DNA from: an uncultured Gemmatimonadota bacterium
GTDB lineage: Bacteria; Blakebacterota; Blakebacteria; Blakebacterales; CAYUVJ01
DNA: 64,000 nucleotides
Assembly (NCBI GenBank): GCA_964519015.1
Contig: CAZFHZ010000001.1
Coordinates: 5,476-69,475 of the forward strand
Reading direction: 5' to 3'
Below are positions 26,651-35,223 of the stretch, one piece after another. The notes under the pieces are model-generated. The model was given only the letters and a program-made list of their open reading frames with translations, made no database searches and was not told the DNA's origin. Made by a program: the position numbers and the translations under genes. How positions within the stretch are numbered: the stretch's first letter is position 1; every line of letters starts with the position of its first letter.

Positions 26651-27927
26651 GTCCCCGAACGCAGGAGCGGAAGCGGAACGGACCGGCCGCGGCCGAAGCA
26701 GGCCACCGGGGTCCCGAGGTGCGGAGCGACTGCTGGGTGCGGGTCGATCCGGCCGGCCCGTCCGGGCTGGCGATCACCAGCAAGGTGGCCGACCTCTACG
26801 GGACCAGCCTCCGGGAATTGCTCGAGGCCGGCGTGCACGGGCTCGGTCTGGAAGAGGCGGCGGTGACCGTGGAGGACCAGGGGGCCCTCCCCTGGGTGAT
26901 CCTCGCCCGTCTGGAGGCGGCCGCCCGGGCGGCCTGCCCGGACCTGACGGCCCGACTGGAACCCCCCGGTCCACCGGTGGTCCGACGACCGGTACGGGAT
27001 CGACTGCGCCGCTCCCGGCTCTACCTGCCGGGGAACACGCCGAAGTTCATGCTCAACGCCGCCCGGCATGTGCCCGACGGCGTGATCCTGGATCTGGAGG
27101 ACTCGGTCGCCCCTCCCCGCAAGGCCGAGGCCCGTCTGCTGGTCCGTAACGCCCTGCGCTGCGGCGAGTGGGGGGAGTGCGAGTTGATGGTGCGGATCAA
27201 CCAGCTCCCGGCCGGGTTGGAGGACCTGGCCGAGATCCTCCCCGAGAGTCCCGAGGTGATCCTGATACCCAAGGTGGAGGACCCCGGTCAGGTGGTCGAA
27301 GTGGAGCGGGCCTGCACCTCGCTGCTGCGGGGTCGGGAGGTGCCGCCGCCGCTGCTCATGCCGATCGTGGAGAGCGCCCGGGGTGTCCTTCAGGCCTTCC
27401 CGATCGCCTCGGCCAGCCCGCAAGTGGTCGCTCTGACCATCGGACTGGAGGACTATACCGCCGACCTGGGTGTGGAACGCACCGTAGAGGGACGTGAGTC
27501 GTTCTGGGCCCGGGCCATGCTGGTCACCGCTGCCCGGGCCGCGGGCGTCCAGCCGATCGACACCGTCTTCAGTGACGTCGAGGACCTGGTCGGGCTCGAG
27601 GCCGCCGTGCTTGAGGCGAAGGGGCTGGGTTTCGTGGGCAAGGGGTGCATCCATCCCCGCCAGATCCCGACCGTCCACAATGCCTTCGCCCCCACCTCCG
27701 GGGAGATCGAGAAGGCCACCGCCATCGTGGCCGCGTACGAACAGGCCCGCGTGCGTGGAGACGGGGTGGTCGCCCTGGGGAGCAAGATGATCGATCCCCC
27801 GGTGGTGGAGCGGGCGCTGCAGACAGTCGAAGCGGCCTTGCGGCTCGACCTGCTTGACCCCGACTGGCGCGAGCAGGAGCCCCCTCCCCCAGCTACGACC
27901 GCCCCCCCCTCCGAGGGGGGGGAGTAG
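26647..27927 (+). CDS. Citrate-lyase-like acyl-carrier (gamma, CitD) fused to beta subunit (CitE, HpcH/HpaI aldolase fold).
   Basis: The N-terminal ~95 aa align to CitD (EVRSDCWVRVDP ~ E. coli ESGDVMIRI, with the prosthetic-group Ser conserved; DQGALPWVILARLEAA ~ DDKGALDCILRARLEAL). The remainder carries CitE/HpcH blocks (SRLYLPGNTPKFM, DLEDSV, GKGCIHPRQI). Confidence 0.75.
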   Translation: MSPRTQERKRNGPAAAEAGHRGPEVRSDCWVRVDPAGPSGLAITSKVADLYGTSLRELLEAGVHGLGLEEAAVTVEDQGALPWVILARLEAAARAACPDLTARLEPPGPPVVRRPVRDRLRRSRLYLPGNTPKFMLNAARHVPDGVILDLEDSVAPPRKAEARLLVRNALRCGEWGECELMVRINQLPAGLEDLAEILPESPEVILIPKVEDPGQVVEVERACTSLLRGREVPPPLLMPIVESARGVLQAFPIASASPQVVALTIGLEDYTADLGVERTVEGRESFWARAMLVTAARAAGVQPIDTVFSDVEDLVGLEAAVLEAKGLGFVGKGCIHPRQIPTVHNAFAPTSGEIEKATAIVAAYEQARVRGDGVVALGSKMIDPPVVERALQTVEAALRLDLLDPDWREQEPPPPATTAPPSEGGE

Positions 27928-27949
27928 GCCCAGAAAGGACGGCCGCGTC

Positions 27950-29512
27950 ATGCCGGAACCGGGCATACCTCGGGTCACGAACGCCTCGGGCCGACCGGTC
28001 CCCGAACGGGTCAACGGGGTCCCCCAGGTCCCCTTCGCCGGAGTCGGCGTCCATCGGCCCGACGGGCGGAAGGTCGCCCCCCCCATCCGTTCCTGCGCCG
28101 ACTATCCCCCCGACGGGGACAAACGGCTCCCTTCCCTGAAGGCCGCCCTGGAAGCGTGCGGGGTGGAAGACGGGATGACCATCAGCACCCACCACCACCT
28201 GCGCGACGGCGACCAGGTGGCGGTCGCCCTCTTCGACGCGGCGGCCGAGATGGGACTGCGCGAGCTGGTCTGGTTCCCCAGCGCCGCCTTCCCCTGTCAC
28301 GCCCCCCTCATCCGCCATCTCGACTCGGGGGTCATCCATCACATCGAGGGGAGCCTGAACGGCCCGCTCGGGGAATACTGCTCGCGGGGGCGGATGAAGG
28401 GCACCCACATCCTCCGCTCCCACGGTGGGCGCTGGCAGGCCATCCAGGACGGCGAGGTGCACATCGACCTGGCCGTGATCGCCGCACCCAACGCCGACCC
28501 CTTCGGGAACGCCAACGGGCTGGAGGGTCCCGCCGCAACCGGAGGACTCGGCTTCGCCCTGGCCGACTCCCGCTTCGCCGACCGGGTCGTGGTGGTCACC
28601 GACCACCTGGTGCCCTTCCCCGCCGTCCCCTGGCAGATCCAGGGTAACGATGTCGACTTCGTGGTCGTGGTGCCCAGCCTGGGGGACGCCTCGAAGATCG
28701 TCTCGGGGACCACCCGAATCACCCGCAGCCCCGACCGCATGCTGATCGCCGAGCTGGCCGCCCGCTTCACCGCCGAAGCGGGTATCCTGCGCGACGGTTT
28801 CTCCTTCCAGGCGGGCGCGGGGGGGACCGCCCTGGCCTACGCCCTCTACCTGAAGGAGATGATGAAGCGGGCCGGGGTGAAGGCGCGCTTCATCCGCGGC
28901 GGGACCACCCGCTATCTGGTGGAGATGCTCGAGGAGGGATTGACCGACTACCTGCTCGACGGTCAGACCTTCGACCTGGACGCGGTACGCTCCATGGGAC
29001 GCAACCCCGGTCACGTCATGACCAGTCCCTTCACCTCCTACAATTACCACGGCAAGGGGAACTTCGCCTCGCTGGTGGACGTGGTCGTGCTGGGGGCCAC
29101 CGAGGTCGACCTGGCCTTCAACGGCAACGTGGTGACCCACTCCGACGGGCGGCTCCTCCACGGCATCGGCGGCTGGCAGAACTGCCTGTTCGGCCGGTGT
29201 GTCATCCTGGCCGTGCCGGCGGTGCGCGACCGCATCCCGGTGATCGTGGACGAGGTGACCACCCTGTGCGGGCCGGGGGAGCTCATCGATGTGGTGGTGA
29301 CCGAGCGCGGGATCGCCGTCAATCCCCGCCGCGGCGACCTGCTCGAGGCGGTGAAGGGTTCCCCCCTGCCGATCCGGCCGCTGGAGGAGATCAAGGCCGA
29401 GCTCGACCGGGTCTGCGGGGTGCCGGAGAGGCCCTCCCGGAGCGGGGAGGTTGTTTCGGTGGTCAAGTGGGTCGACGGCACCCTCCTCGACTGCATCCAC
29501 CGGGTGGACTGA
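27950..29512 (+). CDS. citF: Citrate lyase alpha subunit (citrate CoA-transferase, CitF family).
   Basis: The ~520-aa protein starts at MPEPGIPRV. Its length and blocks are CitF-like (HHHLRDGD, GTTRITRSPDRMLIAELAA). Confidence 0.8.
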   Translation: MPEPGIPRVTNASGRPVPERVNGVPQVPFAGVGVHRPDGRKVAPPIRSCADYPPDGDKRLPSLKAALEACGVEDGMTISTHHHLRDGDQVAVALFDAAAEMGLRELVWFPSAAFPCHAPLIRHLDSGVIHHIEGSLNGPLGEYCSRGRMKGTHILRSHGGRWQAIQDGEVHIDLAVIAAPNADPFGNANGLEGPAATGGLGFALADSRFADRVVVVTDHLVPFPAVPWQIQGNDVDFVVVVPSLGDASKIVSGTTRITRSPDRMLIAELAARFTAEAGILRDGFSFQAGAGGTALAYALYLKEMMKRAGVKARFIRGGTTRYLVEMLEEGLTDYLLDGQTFDLDAVRSMGRNPGHVMTSPFTSYNYHGKGNFASLVDVVVLGATEVDLAFNGNVVTHSDGRLLHGIGGWQNCLFGRCVILAVPAVRDRIPVIVDEVTTLCGPGELIDVVVTERGIAVNPRRGDLLEAVKGSPLPIRPLEEIKAELDRVCGVPERPSRSGEVVSVVKWVDGTLLDCIHRVD

Positions 29513-29597
29513 TCGCTCCCGACGACCTCTTCCCGGCCGCGGTTCCTGCACCCGTCCACCCACCCTCGATCCCACATCAGGCTACCGGAACGAGAAC

Positions 29598-29649
29598 GGC
29601 ACCCGGAGGTGTGACGCCACCGGGTGCCGCCGGTCACCTACTGGTGACC
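29598..29649. terminator. Two adjacent GC-rich hairpins between convergent genes, a likely bidirectional terminator region.
   Basis: GGCACCCGG-13nt-CCGGGTGCC is a 9-bp perfect stem, followed by GGTCACC-tact-GGTGACC. Both sit in the 158-nt gap between the citF end and the lipoprotein end. Confidence 0.4.
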
Positions 29650-29670
29650 GCGCTCAAGCAGTTTTCCCGC

Positions 29671-30804
29671 TCACCGGGGAGTGACGGGTATGGACGGCGG
29701 GAGGGGCAGGACCATGGTGGGATGGGCTGGGCTGAGCATATACCCCTTGGTCCGATCCGATCCGATCTTCATCGGGGGGGTGTGGGCTTTCAGGGTGTTG
29801 CTCATGGGTGCCCAGGAGAAGACCACGATGCCCAGCACCTCGTGGGGGGGCGAACCCTGGTTGGAGGCGACCAGCGCGTCGAAGAAGATCCGGTCGCCGC
29901 TCTGGGTGGGCCACCACAAGCAGCCGATCGGGAAGGCGTGCCGGACCGGGGAGGTCTCCTCCCCGGGATGGGTCGGACCGGTGAGCGGGCTGCCCACCAA
30001 CTCGTAGCCCATCGCGCTCAGGTCGGCGAGAAAAGCCGCTTGTTCACGGACGTGATCGAACCGGCCGACCGAACCGTCGGCGATGTAGTAGCTGGTGAAA
30101 TCGCCCGGCACGAAAACCTGCGAACTGTCCGGGCTGAAGACCGCATAGGTGGGCAGTTCGGTAGTGGTGATGGGGAGCTGCTCGGCCCCCGAGCCGTCCG
30201 GATGCGCCCGCCAGAGCTGGGCGTCCGCTCCCGTGGTCCCGGTGACCTTGGCGAAGAGGACCCAGCTCCCCCCCTGCGTGAAAGCGGGGGTCCAGTAGGA
30301 GAGGGAAGCGGAGGCGTCGCTGGTGATCATCGTGGGGGAGCCCTCCGGACCCGTCTGCACGATGATGTTATAGCCATCCGTGTCCGAACCGTCCATGTAG
30401 GCGAAACGCAGCTTGTGGGAGGGATCGATGGCGGGCGCCATCTGGTAGGTCCCCACCCCGATCACGTCGGTGAACTCGAGCAGGACGGTGTGCATGAAGG
30501 TGAGCTTGTCGTAGCCGAAGATGATGTGGTAGTGGTAGTTGGTGTCGAGGGTGAGGGTCGGTCCGAAGTAGTCGTTGTCCCCCCGGCGGTAGCCGTACCG
30601 CGTGCTGTTGGTGGACGGTACAAAGAGGGTGTAGAGTCCCAACATCTGCTCGGGGTCCTCGGTCAGGTGCCCGCTTATCAGGATGCGTCCGGCCACCAGC
30701 ACGTTCGAGCGGTAGTAGACGTCGTTCGGTCCGACGGTGTCGCAGCCACTGCCCAACAGCAGGACGAAGGAGAATGGGACCAGACACATTGAGCGCAAAC
30801 GCCG
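29671..30804 (-). CDS. Hypothetical lipoprotein (moderately low GC).
   Basis: The signal plus lipobox is MRRLRSMCLVPFSFVLLLGSGC. I recognised no catalytic motifs. An SPDSS/HPDGSG beta-propeller-like segment is present. Confidence 0.45.
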   Translation of the reverse strand, partial: RRLRSMCLVPFSFVLLLGSGCDTVGPNDVYYRSNVLVAGRILISGHLTEDPEQMLGLYTLFVPSTNSTRYGYRRGDNDYFGPTLTLDTNYHYHIIFGYDKLTFMHTVLLEFTDVIGVGTYQMAPAIDPSHKLRFAYMDGSDTDGYNIIVQTGPEGSPTMITSDASASLSYWTPAFTQGGSWVLFAKVTGTTGADAQLWRAHPDGSGAEQLPITTTELPTYAVFSPDSSQVFVPGDFTSYYIADGSVGRFDHVREQAAFLADLSAMGYELVGSPLTGPTHPGEETSPVRHAFPIGCLWWPTQSGDRIFFDALVASNQGSPPHEVLGIVVFSWAPMSNTLKAHTPPMKIGSDRTKGYMLSPAHPTMVLPLPPSIPVTPR

Positions 30805-31012
30805 CATTACAGTATCCCTCACGCTAAGAGGCTCAGGTCGCCTGCCGGTCCGGAGAGGATAATAGATTTCCCGAAGTTCGGGAAGTCCTCCTCACTCTTG
30901 AAGAGGGCCCGGTGCTCGGTCGCTACTACCGTCACCCCCGCGGATTCCTTCTAGTGTCCCGAGTCGGAAATCGGACTTCCGGCAGACGACCCTTGACGTC
31001 CTCATTGTACTA

Positions 31013-31034
31013 TTGTACTAATATATTAGTACAA
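31013..31034. promoter_or_regulatory. Perfect 22-bp palindrome TTGTACTAATATATTAGTACAA (GntR-type GT-N-AC operator), preceded by an extra TTGTACTA direct half-repeat.
   Basis: The palindrome sits 29 nt upstream of the GntR gene ATG. A TTGACG -35-like hexamer lies at 30993..30998. The region is AT-rich in a 70% GC background. Confidence 0.6.
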
Positions 31035-31062
31035 TAATCCCTCACCCGCAGGGGAGGCTCGC

Positions 31063-31440
31063 ATGGAGTTCCTGATCGATTACACCAGCGGGATCCCGAT
31101 CTACCGTCAGATCATCGAGCAGGTCCGCTACCGCGTAGCCCGGGGGGAACTGGTTACCGGGGACCGCCTGCCCACCGTGCGCCAACTCGCCGTCGACCTC
31201 TCGATCAACCCCAATACGGTCGCCCGGGCGTACCGCGAACTCGAGTTCGAGGGGGTCCTCGACACCCAGCAGGGCTCGGGGACCTTCGTCGGACGTCGGG
31301 TCCCCGCGATCGACCCGATCGAGCGGCAGCGCCGGCTCGATCAGATCCTCACCGAGCTGCTCACCCGGGCAGCCGCCTACGGTCTCACCCTCGAGGAGCT
31401 GCAGGCCGGGCTCCGGATCCGCCAGGAGGCCTCGTCATGA
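31063..31440 (+). CDS. GntR-family transcriptional regulator, short YtrA-like subtype.
   Basis: The 125-aa protein has the wHTH block LPTVRQLAVDLSINPNTVARAYRELEFEGV. It has no large effector domain. Confidence 0.85.
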   Translation: MEFLIDYTSGIPIYRQIIEQVRYRVARGELVTGDRLPTVRQLAVDLSINPNTVARAYRELEFEGVLDTQQGSGTFVGRRVPAIDPIERQRRLDQILTELLTRAAAYGLTLEELQAGLRIRQEASS

Positions 31441-32564
31441 GCCAGACCCAGAAGTCATCCCCCGTCGCCGGGTTGCTGACCCTGCTGAACCCCGATCGCT
31501 TCGCGATCTCGCTCCGGGCCGATTTCCGCTTCGCCCCGATCAACGTGCTCATACTGCTGGTCGTCTTCGTGCTCGGGTTAGCCATCCACCTGGGCCTGCA
31601 CGGCTTCAGTGTGGCCGCGGTGGGTTTCAGCCTTGGTACCGCCGCCCTCTTCGCGCTTATCCTGCGGCTCCACCAGATCTGGGAGACCGCCCTCATCGCC
31701 GGTACCCTGGTCTGCCTGGCCATCTACCTCCAGCTGCGGCCCGACAGCGAGGTCCTGCTGACCGCCGCCGTAGTGGCGTTGCTCCTCGCCCCGAGTGTCC
31801 AGATCGCCTACCAGTGGGAGCAAGCCGTGCTGCTGCGGTTCGGCCGCTTCAAGGGACTGCGGCGCTCCGGGCTCTTCCTGCTCCTGCCGGTGGTCGACAA
31901 GGTGGCCCAGTTCGTCGACCAGCGTATCCGGGTGAGCGACTTCAGCGCCGAGACCACCCTGACCAGTGACACCGTACCGGTGAACGTGGACGCCATCGCC
32001 TTCTGGATGGTCTGGGACCCGCAGAAGGCGGTGCTGGAGGTGGAGCAGTTCGAGACAGCGGTCATCCTCTCGGCCCAGACCGCCCTGCGGAACGCCATCG
32101 GCAAGCACGAGTTGGCCACCCTGTTGAGCGAGCGGGACCAGCTGGGAGGGGAGATCCAGAAGGTGCTGGACGATAAGACCAGCGCCTGGGGGATCACTAC
32201 CCAGGCGGTCGAGATCCGCGACATCATCATCCCGCAGGCCCTTGAGGATGCGATGTCCCGGCAGGCCCAGGCGGAACGGGAGCGGCAGAGCCGGATCATC
32301 CTGGGTACGGCCGAGACCGAGATCGCCGAGAAGTTCGCCAAGGCCTCCGAGCACTACAAGAACAACCCTGTGGCGCTCCACCTGCGGGCGATGAACATGG
32401 TCTACGAGGGGCTGCGCAAGAAGGGCTCGATGATCATCGTCCCCTCCACCGCGGTGGAGACGATGGGACTGGGCGCGCTGGGCGGGCTGACCTCGTTCGA
32501 CCGCACGCTCGGTGCGGCGCTGGAGTCCGCGGAGGAGGGGGAATCGGAGCGCGGCACCTCCTGA
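31437..32564 (+). CDS. SPFH/band-7 (stomatin/prohibitin-like) domain membrane protein.
   Basis: N-terminal TM helices precede the SPFH core (YQWEQAVLLRFGRFKGLRRSGLFLLLPVVDKV...). The gene overlaps the GntR gene by ATGA. Confidence 0.75.
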   Translation: MSQTQKSSPVAGLLTLLNPDRFAISLRADFRFAPINVLILLVVFVLGLAIHLGLHGFSVAAVGFSLGTAALFALILRLHQIWETALIAGTLVCLAIYLQLRPDSEVLLTAAVVALLLAPSVQIAYQWEQAVLLRFGRFKGLRRSGLFLLLPVVDKVAQFVDQRIRVSDFSAETTLTSDTVPVNVDAIAFWMVWDPQKAVLEVEQFETAVILSAQTALRNAIGKHELATLLSERDQLGGEIQKVLDDKTSAWGITTQAVEIRDIIIPQALEDAMSRQAQAERERQSRIILGTAETEIAEKFAKASEHYKNNPVALHLRAMNMVYEGLRKKGSMIIVPSTAVETMGLGALGGLTSFDRTLGAALESAEEGESERGTS

Positions 32565-32574
32565 AGGCAGGCAC

Positions 32575-32922
32575 TCAGCCGCAGAGCCGGCTCCGGTCGG
32601 CCGTGCGAGCCCGGCGGGCGTCCTCCCTGAGCCGGCGGTCGGGGGGAAGCCGGTCCCTGAGCAGTGCCAGCACGGGGGAGAGGAGCCCGGGATCGGCCTG
32701 CGGGTTGAGCTGATAGTCCACCCACCTGCCCTCCTTGCGATCCGTGATCAGGCCGGCCTGGCGCAGCACGGCCAGGTGCCGGGAGACGGTCGAGGTGGCC
32801 AGCCCCAGGATGTCGGTGATCTCGCAGACGCAGAGCGGACGCACCTCGAGCATCTTCAGGATGCGGATCCGGTTCGGTTCGGCCAGGGCCTTGAAGACCC
32901 GGCTCGCGGTGTCGAGGGTCAT
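32575..32922 (-). CDS. arsR: ArsR/SmtB-family metalloregulator.
   Basis: The HTH block is LAEPNRIRILKMLEVRPLCVCEITDILGLATSTVSRHLAVLRQAGL, with the CVC metal site. The start was chosen at MTLDTASR. Confidence 0.8.
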   Translation of the reverse strand: MTLDTASRVFKALAEPNRIRILKMLEVRPLCVCEITDILGLATSTVSRHLAVLRQAGLITDRKEGRWVDYQLNPQADPGLLSPVLALLRDRLPPDRRLREDARRARTADRSRLCG

Positions 32923-33419
32923 CACTGCGCTCCCGTCGCACCCTGCCGCAGCCACTCCCGCAGTTGTTCCTCCGTCGGCACCCGGCCGGCGGCGACCAGC
33001 CGACCGTTGATGACCAGCCCCGGGGTAGGGAGCGGACCGTAGGCGGCAATGGCCTCCAGGTCCCGCACGTGGACGACATCGCCGGCCAGCCCCTCCCGGG
33101 CGAGCACATCCCTCACTGCTTGTTCGAGCCGCTTACAGGTGGGGCAGCCGGGGCCGAGCACACGCACCACCAGGCCGGCGACCGGTTCGGGCGCGGTCTC
33201 CTGGCCGAGAAAGCGCCGGTATTCCCGCAGCAGGCTCTCCGCGTACGCCTCCCGGGCGTCCTCCGGCACATAGTTGTCCTGCCCGATCAACTGGAGCAGC
33301 CGGGCCGCTCCGGCGGCGTCGGCGCACACCCCTTCTTCGGCGGCCCGGGCAAGGACCTCCTTGAAACCGATGAGACCGACCGTCATCCCGGCCACCCGGA
33401 TCTGCATGATGCCGCTCAC
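32922..33419 (-). CDS. Thioredoxin-family redox protein (CPTC active site) with an N-terminal extension.
   Basis: VVRVLGPGCPTCKRLEQAV is a redox-active-disulfide-protein-2-like fold. The protein sits between arsC and arsR. Confidence 0.6.
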   Translation of the reverse strand: MSGIMQIRVAGMTVGLIGFKEVLARAAEEGVCADAAGAARLLQLIGQDNYVPEDAREAYAESLLREYRRFLGQETAPEPVAGLVVRVLGPGCPTCKRLEQAVRDVLAREGLAGDVVHVRDLEAIAAYGPLPTPGLVINGRLVAAGRVPTEEQLREWLRQGATGAQ

Positions 33420-33850
33420 GGAGTCCTCCCTCTCTGGAAAGTGGACCGGTACCAGTCCCCGAACCGCTCCCGGATCTCGTCCCGGACCCGGCGGAACACG
33501 TCGAGTACCTCCTCCGGCGGACCGGTCGCGGCGGCCGGGTCCTCGAAGCCGAGATGGAGCCGGTGGCCGACCTCGCCGGTGAAGATCGGACAGCTCTCCC
33601 GGGCCCCGTCGCAGACGGTAATGAGGTGGTCGAACGGGTCCTCCAGGAACTCCTCGACCGACCGGGGGCGCTCACCGGAGAGGTCGAGACCGACCTCCCG
33701 CATGACGTCGACCGCGAGCGGGTGGATCCACTCGGCCGGACGGGTGCCGGCCGAGTGGACCTCCAGTCCGGGATCGAGCGCCCTCAGGAAGGCAGCCGCC
33801 ATCTGGCTGCGGCAGGAGTTCCCGGTGCAGAGGATGAAGATGCGGCTCAC
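33416..33850 (-). CDS. arsC: Arsenate reductase, LMW-PTPase (thioredoxin-coupled) family.
   Basis: The P-loop is ILCTGNSCRSQMA. The protein is ~144 aa. Confidence 0.85.
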   Translation of the reverse strand: MSRIFILCTGNSCRSQMAAAFLRALDPGLEVHSAGTRPAEWIHPLAVDVMREVGLDLSGERPRSVEEFLEDPFDHLITVCDGARESCPIFTGEVGHRLHLGFEDPAAATGPPEEVLDVFRRVRDEIRERFGDWYRSTFQRGRTP

Positions 33851-33868
33851 GAGATCCCCTTCCCACGC

Positions 33869-35173
33869 TCAGAAGAGCGCACCATAGAGCAGACCGGTGA
33901 GGGTGGCCATGACCACCACCAGTCCGACGAAAGCCAGGGTCTTGCGCGTCCCGATCACGCTGCGGATGACCAGCATGTTGGGCAGGCTCAGCGCCGGACC
34001 GGCCAGCAGCAGCGCCAGCGCCGGTCCCTTCCCCATCCCGCTCGAGAGCAGTCCCTGCACGATCGGCACTTCGGTCAGCGTCGCGAAGTACATGAAGGCG
34101 CCGGCCAGCGACGCGGCCAGGTTGGCCCCGAAGGAATTGCCCCCCACCAGACCGGCGATCCAGGCGTTCGGGATGATCCCCCGGCTCCCCGGCTCCGGAC
34201 CACCCAGGAGAAGGCCGGCCACCAGCACGCCGGCCGCGAGCAGCGGCAGGATCTGCCGGGCGAAGCCCCAGCTCGAGGCCAGCCACTCCCGGGGCTCACC
34301 CCCGGTGACCGCCAGCAGCACGCTCAGGAGCACGACCGCGAGCGTGAACGGGACGGCGGGATGGGCCGGGAAGAGGAGGGCGGCGGCGGCCACGACGACC
34401 GCAGCTACGGTGACCGGCAGCGGCCTGAGGCCGAGCATCCGGACCAGGGAGAGGGCCAGGAGCAGGCCGAAGAGAGCCGTGATGAGCCACTTGGAGTGGA
34501 AGAGGACCCACCAGAGACCGGAAGTCGTCACCGGCCGTCCCCAGTTGGCGAAGACCAGGATGGCCACCAGGATGAAGAAGTGTCCGGCGGTCATCCAGAG
34601 GGGACGGGGCTCCTCCAGGACGGGTACCGCCACCTGGGCGGCCGCCCGTTCCTTTTCCTCCTTCCGGAAGAGGAACTGCATGGCCAGGCCGATGATGATG
34701 CTGAAGCCCACCGCCCCGACCACCCGGGCGATCCCCAGTTCCGGACCGAGGATACGGGCGGTCAGGATGATGGCCAGGATGTTGATCGCCGGTCCCGAGT
34801 AGAGGAAGGCGATGGCCGGGCCCAGGCCGGCCCCCCGCTTGTGGATGCTGGAGAAGAGCGGCAGCACGGTGCAGGAGCAGACCGCCAGGATGGTGCCGGA
34901 GACCGAGGCCACCAGGTAGGCCAGCCACTTCTTGGCATCCGAGCCGAAGTACCTGACCACGGCTGCCTGGCTGACGAAGACCGCGATCGTGCCGGCGATG
35001 AAGAAGGCCGGCACCAGGCAGAGCAGGACATGCTCCCGGGCGTACCACCGGACCAGGGCCAGGGCCTCACCGACCGCCCGATCGAAGACCGGTTGGCCGA
35101 CCGGCAGGAAATAGGCCAGCAGGAAGAACCCGAGGATCCAGAGCAGGCTCCCGCGTTCTTCTTTCCAGCTCAT
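33869..35173 (-). CDS. Two-domain permease of the ArsP-like (DUF318) family; putative organoarsenical efflux.
   Basis: The polytopic protein carries a CSC motif in a TM helix (ILAVCSCTVLPLF), comparable to the ArsP TPFCSCS motif. It is the first gene of the ars operon. Confidence 0.6.
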   Translation of the reverse strand: MSWKEERGSLLWILGFFLLAYFLPVGQPVFDRAVGEALALVRWYAREHVLLCLVPAFFIAGTIAVFVSQAAVVRYFGSDAKKWLAYLVASVSGTILAVCSCTVLPLFSSIHKRGAGLGPAIAFLYSGPAINILAIILTARILGPELGIARVVGAVGFSIIIGLAMQFLFRKEEKERAAAQVAVPVLEEPRPLWMTAGHFFILVAILVFANWGRPVTTSGLWWVLFHSKWLITALFGLLLALSLVRMLGLRPLPVTVAAVVVAAAALLFPAHPAVPFTLAVVLLSVLLAVTGGEPREWLASSWGFARQILPLLAAGVLVAGLLLGGPEPGSRGIIPNAWIAGLVGGNSFGANLAASLAGAFMYFATLTEVPIVQGLLSSGMGKGPALALLLAGPALSLPNMLVIRSVIGTRKTLAFVGLVVVMATLTGLLYGALF

Positions 35174-35223
35174 GACGGCGACCGGGGACCGAAGACCGGG
35201 AGGCGGATCACACGTAGAACCTC

